This document shows positions 59,314-63,737 of a stretch of 63,737 bases of DNA, one piece after another. Position 1 is the stretch's first letter. Each line of letters begins with the position of its first letter. The position numbers were made by a program, and so were the translations under genes. Under the pieces are notes generated by a model. The model saw nothing but the letters and a program-made list of their open reading frames with translations, was not told where the DNA came from and did no database searches. The stretch is taken from contig CAYWEH010000002.1 of the NCBI GenBank assembly GCA_964457305.1, positions 1 to 63,737 on the forward strand, read 5' to 3'. This DNA is from an uncultured Gammaproteobacteria bacterium. GTDB lineage: Bacteria > Patescibacteriota > Patescibacteriia > SBBC01 > JACPUP01.

Positions 59314-61227
59314 ATGGAACGCGCGCCGCAATCACCGCGGCGTTTTTTGGTTTGGCTGTTCGGTATCCTCATCGTGATTCTGGTGGTTGGGCTCGGGGCG
59401 GCGTATGGCGTTTCCTCGGTCTATGCCCGTCGCTTTCCCCCACGCATGAGCATTGGCACGGTGCCGGTCGGGGGCATGGATTATTTGCAGGCGTTGGCTG
59501 CGGTTCAAGCGCGGGCGGATGTCATCCTCGATCAAGGCCTGACGTTCACCGACGGCCAGCGACCGATTGCCCTGCCCTCGACTATCGCTTCTCCGGACGA
59601 GTTCTCCTACGACCTCTTCACCCTCGATGCGAAAGCCACGCTCGACCAGGCGTTTGCGGACGTGACCACCGGACCGCTGGTGCCGCGGATCCTCAAACAA
59701 CTCTCCAGTGTGCTGTTTGGCCGGATGGTTGGTGCGCACGGGACCGTCGACGCCGCCGCTCTGACCAAGGCATTGCAGGATGCCGTGGCGAAGGAGGTGA
59801 CGCCCGCGGTCAACGCCGGCGTGGCCGTTGATCCGAAGACGCTGGCCGTCACCGTCACATCGGAAAAGGCCGGAACGACCTATCGGTTCTCGGAGGCGGT
59901 CAGCCAAGCCTCAAAGCAGCTCGCTCGGCTCGACCTAACGCAGATCACGCTTGTCTTGGTCACCGATACCCCAACAGTTGCTGCGGCGGACGTTCTTTCT
60001 TTTGTGCCGCAAGTGCAATCCGCCTTACAGCGCGCGCCGTTTACGCTACTGTACCAGGATAAGACGTTTTCTCTCACCGCGGCTGACGTCGGACAAGCAC
60101 TGACCTTCGCCCGCCAGGGGAAAACCATCCGGCTGGCAGTTGATGCAGACAAACTCGCGTCGACATTTGATGCCATGGCCAAGGCGATTGAGGTGCCGGT
60201 CTCTGAAGGCCGATTCCGCATGGCAGGCGGGAAGGTCGTGGAGTTTTCCGAAAACCGCGCTGGCACTGCGATTGATCGGGCGGCCACGGCAGGACGCTTG
60301 GCTGCGGTGCTGACCGAGGGAGAACCAAAGGCGGAGATTGCCGTGCAGACGGTGGAGCCGAAATTTTCGAGCGACACCGCGGGGACACTCGGCATTACCG
60401 AACTCGTGGCCCAGGGAAAAACCAATTTTGCCGGCAGCCCGCCCAACCGTCGGTTCAACATTGGCGTCGGCGCGGCCAAGCTCAACGGCCTGCTCATCCG
60501 GCCGGGCGAGGCGTTCTCGCTCATCACGGCCGTTGGCCCGGTCGATGGAAAGAATGGGTATCGGCAGGAGCTGGTCATCAAGGGCGATCGGACGATCCCC
60601 GAGTACGGCGGCGGGCTCTGCCAAATCGGCACCACCATGTTCCGGCTGGTGCTGGATGCGGGGCTGCCGATCCTGGAACGGGTGAACCATTCCTACCGCG
60701 TCCGCTACTACGAACCGCCGGTTGGCATGGACGCGACCATTTACGAACCAAAGCCTGATTTCCGATTCACGAATGACTACGCTGCGCCGCTGCTGCTCCA
60801 GGCACGTATTGAGGGGGATACCCTGGTTTTTGAGTTCTATGGGACGAAAGATACCCGAATTGCAACGACCACCACCCCAAAAGTTTTCAACGTGGTGGCC
60901 GCGCCGCCAAAGAAAACGATCGAGTCGCCGGATTTGAAACCGGGCGAGGAGAAGTGCATTGAGAAAGCCCACCCGGGCTCTGACGCATCGTTTACGTACA
61001 CCGTCCAGTACCCGGATGGCCGCACTGACACCCGCACGTTCAAGAGCCACTACAAACCGTGGGGCGAGGTTTGCTTGGTGGGGCCGAAAAAAGAGAAGAA
61101 GCCGAAGCCGACCACCACGAATAAAAACACGAATGCCAGCGTGGGCGTCAATGTGAACACGAACGCCAACACCAACGCCTCGGCCGCAGTCAACGCGAAT
61201 GCAAACGTGAACACGAACGCGGACTAA
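59314..61227 (+). CDS. VanW-family protein with N-terminal anchor and Asn-rich C-terminal tail
   Basis: The TM segment is FLVWLFGILIVILVVGLGAAYG. The VanW core reads YGGGLCQIGTTMFRLVLDAGLPILERVNHSYRVRYYEPPVGMDATIY. The tail reads NKNTNASVGVNVNTNANTNASAAVNANANVNTNAD. Confidence 0.85.
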   Translation: MERAPQSPRRFLVWLFGILIVILVVGLGAAYGVSSVYARRFPPRMSIGTVPVGGMDYLQALAAVQARADVILDQGLTFTDGQRPIALPSTIASPDEFSYDLFTLDAKATLDQAFADVTTGPLVPRILKQLSSVLFGRMVGAHGTVDAAALTKALQDAVAKEVTPAVNAGVAVDPKTLAVTVTSEKAGTTYRFSEAVSQASKQLARLDLTQITLVLVTDTPTVAAADVLSFVPQVQSALQRAPFTLLYQDKTFSLTAADVGQALTFARQGKTIRLAVDADKLASTFDAMAKAIEVPVSEGRFRMAGGKVVEFSENRAGTAIDRAATAGRLAAVLTEGEPKAEIAVQTVEPKFSSDTAGTLGITELVAQGKTNFAGSPPNRRFNIGVGAAKLNGLLIRPGEAFSLITAVGPVDGKNGYRQELVIKGDRTIPEYGGGLCQIGTTMFRLVLDAGLPILERVNHSYRVRYYEPPVGMDATIYEPKPDFRFTNDYAAPLLLQARIEGDTLVFEFYGTKDTRIATTTTPKVFNVVAAPPKKTIESPDLKPGEEKCIEKAHPGSDASFTYTVQYPDGRTDTRTFKSHYKPWGEVCLVGPKKEKKPKPTTTNKNTNASVGVNVNTNANTNASAAVNANANVNTNAD

Positions 61228-61252
61228 GGTCCTTGTCCGGCAAGGTGAGTCG

Positions 61253-61693
61253 GTGTACGCTGTGAGCGATATGGAGCCATTGCCGAGTCCAAAAACGACG
61301 CCCGAGCAACCGAAGCTGCCGCGCTTCGGGCTGAAGTTCTTTCTCAGCCGTTTGGGAATACTCGTCGCCCTATTGGCCGTTGCCTATTTTGCCTTCGCTG
61401 GCTCCGCCCTTCTTAGTGTGAATCGGCTACCGGATGCACATGTACCTAATGCGTGTGGGGACACGCCATTCAATGTGATGGTCAGGACTAAACTCCAGCC
61501 TTTCGGTCACGCGGTGAGTCGGACACTGTTTGGGATGATACTATTTTCGGCTCTCTACGCATTCCTTTTCCGTCAGGATGAACGACGCAAGGCGCTCGCG
61601 GTCCGCTACCTCGTATTTGGGCTCATTGTCCTGCCCCCCGCGTGGGTGGCGTGGGTACTCTTCGCGAGTATATCCTCTTGTCATCCTATATAA
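61253..61693 (+). CDS. Hypothetical membrane protein
   Basis: 146 aa with 3-4 TM segments and lower G+C than the neighbouring genes. Its stop overlaps the ruvB ATG (TAATG). The start is uncertain (GTG 61253 / ATG 61271). Confidence 0.45.
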   Translation: MYAVSDMEPLPSPKTTPEQPKLPRFGLKFFLSRLGILVALLAVAYFAFAGSALLSVNRLPDAHVPNACGDTPFNVMVRTKLQPFGHAVSRTLFGMILFSALYAFLFRQDERRKALAVRYLVFGLIVLPPAWVAWVLFASISSCHPI

Positions 61694-62736
61694 TGGCGAA
61701 CGCCACGATGAAAAAACCTGCCCAAATCGTCACCCCGAAAGACCTGCCCGAGGATTCGACCCTCGACCGGACGCTCCGACCGAAATCATTGAAAGAATAC
61801 GTCGGTCAGGAGAAGGTCAAGCACGGTTTGCATATTGCGCTGACGGCCGCGAAGAAGCGGAAGGAAACGATCGAGCACGTGCTACTCCACGGCGCGCCGG
61901 GTATGGGCAAGACGACGCTCGCGCACATCATTGCCAAAGAGATCGGCAGCCCGCTGCGGGTCACAACCGGGCCGACGTTGCGTCGTGCCGGTGACTTGGC
62001 GGCTATCCTCACCAATCTCGAACCGGGCGAGGTCTTGTTCATCGATGAGATGCACCGGATGAACCACGCGGTCGAAGAGTTGCTCTATGCGGCCATGGAG
62101 GAGTTCGCGCTCGACCTCATCCTGGGGCAAGGGCCGGGCGCGCGGACGTTGCGTCTGGATCTCCCCCACTTCACGCTCGTTGGCGCAACCACGCGCGTCT
62201 CGCTGCTCACCGCGCCGCTGCGTGATCGGTTCGGCATGGCCTACCGACTCGACTCCTATACAGAAGATGACATCGAGGCTATCATTCGTCGGTCCGCAAA
62301 ATTGCTCCAGGTGACCCTGGAAGGGGACACCGCCAAACTCATCGCCTCGCGCAGCCGCCGCACGCCGCGGGTCGCCAATCGCTTGTTGAAACGCGTCCGC
62401 GACGTGGCGCAAGTGGCGAACGACGCGACCGTCACCCTGTCCCGCGCGGAAGAAGCCATGAAGATGCTTGACATTGACGCGTTCGGCCTCGACGAGACCG
62501 ACCGCAAAATCCTCACGGTTCTTATGGACCAGTTCCAAGGCGGGCCAGCCGGCTTGAACGCCATCGCCGCCTCGGTCGGCGAGGAACAGGAGACGCTCGA
62601 GGATGTCTACGAGCCGTATCTGATTCAGATCGGGTTCCTCTCCCGGACCCATCGCGGCCGGGTCGCCACCGAAGCGGCGTACAAGCACTTGGGTCGCAGC
62701 GTGCCGGCCAGCGCCCAGCAATCCGCGCTTCTCTAG
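61693..62736 (+). CDS. ruvB: Holliday junction branch migration helicase RuvB
   Basis: LRPKSLKEYVGQEKVK, Walker A GAPGMGKTTLA, Walker B LFIDEMHR, and sensor/Arg finger RDRFG. Confidence 0.95.
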   Translation: MANATMKKPAQIVTPKDLPEDSTLDRTLRPKSLKEYVGQEKVKHGLHIALTAAKKRKETIEHVLLHGAPGMGKTTLAHIIAKEIGSPLRVTTGPTLRRAGDLAAILTNLEPGEVLFIDEMHRMNHAVEELLYAAMEEFALDLILGQGPGARTLRLDLPHFTLVGATTRVSLLTAPLRDRFGMAYRLDSYTEDDIEAIIRRSAKLLQVTLEGDTAKLIASRSRRTPRVANRLLKRVRDVAQVANDATVTLSRAEEAMKMLDIDAFGLDETDRKILTVLMDQFQGGPAGLNAIAASVGEEQETLEDVYEPYLIQIGFLSRTHRGRVATEAAYKHLGRSVPASAQQSALL

Positions 62737-62764
62737 GCCGTGTCCGTCATGCTACGATAGGGCC

Positions 62765-63001
62765 GTGGAAATCTCCTCGGTCATCCTTCTGTACGCGTTC
62801 TACGTTCTGCTTGGGATTTTCTTGTTGTTCTCGCTCATCAATCTTTTCCATCTGTTCCGGTTCGGACTCATAGGGTTCGGTGCCTTGTTTATGGGGCTGG
62901 TCTACGTAGTCCTCGCAACCTTGATCGTTTTCCGTTCGCTCGACATTGCCCACGGCCATGAGTGGACCGAGAGCCTGATTCTTCCTTTTACTCGATCTTG
63001 A
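62765..63001 (+). CDS. Small two-TM membrane protein, unknown function
   Basis: 78 aa with a GTG start and two hydrophobic helices. It directly precedes the bPH gene. Confidence 0.4.
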   Translation: MEISSVILLYAFYVLLGIFLLFSLINLFHLFRFGLIGFGALFMGLVYVVLATLIVFRSLDIAHGHEWTESLILPFTRS

Positions 63002-63002
63002 T

Positions 63003-63575
63003 ATGGCGCTTTTCCCTGGACAAGAAGGCGACGAGCAGACCGTGCTTTTCCTTCGGCGGCACTGGCTCATTCCGTTTCGTCATAGTGTGCTCGTCGCCTT
63101 CCTCGCCGCGCTCCCCCTCGGCGCCCGATTTGCGCTGCAGCACTACGCCCCTGACCTGCTCGTGGACGATGGGTCGCTCGGCTTCACCGTGCTGCAGCTG
63201 GCGGCATACGCGTTCTGGATGTTCGTCGCCTGGTTCGGGTTCGCGACCTGGATCGATTACTACTTCGATTACTGGGTGGTGACTGACCGTCGGATCGTCA
63301 GCGTCGAGCAGAAGGGGCTGTTCTCACGAACCGTGGCGCAGGTTCACCTGTCGCGGGTGCAGGATGCCACGGCCGAGTCGCATGGGATTCTGGCGACCTT
63401 GTTGCAGTTCGGGAACATCTACGTGCAGTCGGCAGGTGAAGAGGGGCGGTTCGTTTTCGTCCAGGTCCCGAATCCCAACAAAGTCGTCACGACGGTGATG
63501 CGGTTGCACGAAAAAATCGTCCCGCTGCCGGACGATGGCGCGGGGCGGAAGCCGTCCACAACGTCGGCGACCTAG
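63003..63575 (+). CDS. Bacterial PH-domain (bPH_2/YdbT-like) membrane protein
   Basis: It has two TM segments, followed by WVVTDRRIVSVEQKGLFSRTVAQVHLSRVQDATAESHGILATLLQFGNIYVQSAG. Confidence 0.7.
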   Translation: MALFPGQEGDEQTVLFLRRHWLIPFRHSVLVAFLAALPLGARFALQHYAPDLLVDDGSLGFTVLQLAAYAFWMFVAWFGFATWIDYYFDYWVVTDRRIVSVEQKGLFSRTVAQVHLSRVQDATAESHGILATLLQFGNIYVQSAGEEGRFVFVQVPNPNKVVTTVMRLHEKIVPLPDDGAGRKPSTTSAT

Positions 63576-63737
63576 AACGCCCCGACCAATTCGCGATGGC
63601 CAGCCAGGAGGGCGGCAAAATTGCTGACGGCCCGTCGTTCAACGTCAGACAAATCCTCGTACGGACGTCCCAGGAGCATAATGGATAATTCCTTATGGCG
63701 TTCCCGGCGCTGGTCTTCATACATTCCGACACTCTCC
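63572..63737 (-). CDS. 3' end of an unidentified CDS running off the window
   Basis: The open minus-strand frame reads ...ESVGMYEDQRRERHKELSIMLLGRPYEDLSDVERRAVSNFAALLAGHRELVGAF*. The composition is protein-like. It is too short for the ORF track. Confidence 0.3.
   Translation of the reverse strand, partial: ESVGMYEDQRRERHKELSIMLLGRPYEDLSDVERRAVSNFAALLAGHRELVGAF

Noticed and set aside
63487-63732. The listed 81-aa minus-strand ORF at the right edge.
   Set aside because: Its composition (Ser/Arg/Pro/Trp/Cys-rich) looks non-coding. A different minus-strand frame ending at 63572 gives a more protein-like C-terminal fragment, and I report that one instead at low confidence.

Overview
The window is a gene-dense, high-G+C bacterial chromosomal segment. 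I count about 65 CDS, one tRNA, and no rRNA, CRISPR array, transposase or integrase. Overlapping start/stop codons (ATGA, 4-nt overlaps) are frequent. It spans the replication-origin neighbourhood, with dnaN and dnaA on the minus strand facing rpmH-rnpA-yidD-yidC on the plus strand. The gene content suggests a small-genome Patescibacteria/CPR-like organism: VirB2/TrbC-like 'pilin' paralogs, many GT-C-type membrane proteins, GH57/GH15 glucan genes, tsaD/tsaE and an orphan PilB. That taxonomic call is inference only.

Main blocks:
- 0.5-3.5 kb: msrB, a MacB-type ABC pair and a VOC protein.
- 3.5-19.8 kb: a cell-surface glycosylation locus. It holds a GT39/PMT-like enzyme, GalU, a polyprenyl-phosphate-mannose synthase, a PGI/PMI isomerase, a methyltransferase, DUF2079 and three further large polytopic membrane proteins. 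These surround a solute-binding protein and four pilin-like genes.
- 19.9-29.6 kb: one tightly packed plus-strand operon, yebC-ruvC-GH15-glgA-GH57-GH57(UVR)-APH-like kinase-glgA-GalT-like.
- 29.7-42.8 kb: housekeeping genes (tyrS, PBP1A, DciA-like, dnaN, dnaA, rpmH, rnpA, yidD, yidC, tsaE, DHH protein, pilB, RNase III-like).
- 43-46 kb: valS carrying two unusual in-frame insertions.
- 46-55 kb: secreted repeat proteins (a TSP1-like Cys-repeat protein and a four-dockerin protein), tsaD with a low-G+C cassette flanked by duplicated tsaD 3' ends, pyrF and a pyrE-like gene, and a frameshifted fifth pilin-like copy.
- 55-63.7 kb: an ABC exporter, tRNA-Glu, small unknown ORFs, hsp20, a VanW protein, ruvB and a bPH protein.

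The best candidate for an undescribed system is the pilin-like array embedded in the GT-C/polyprenyl-phosphate-sugar locus. All functional calls rest on motifs read by eye from the translations. No database search was run.
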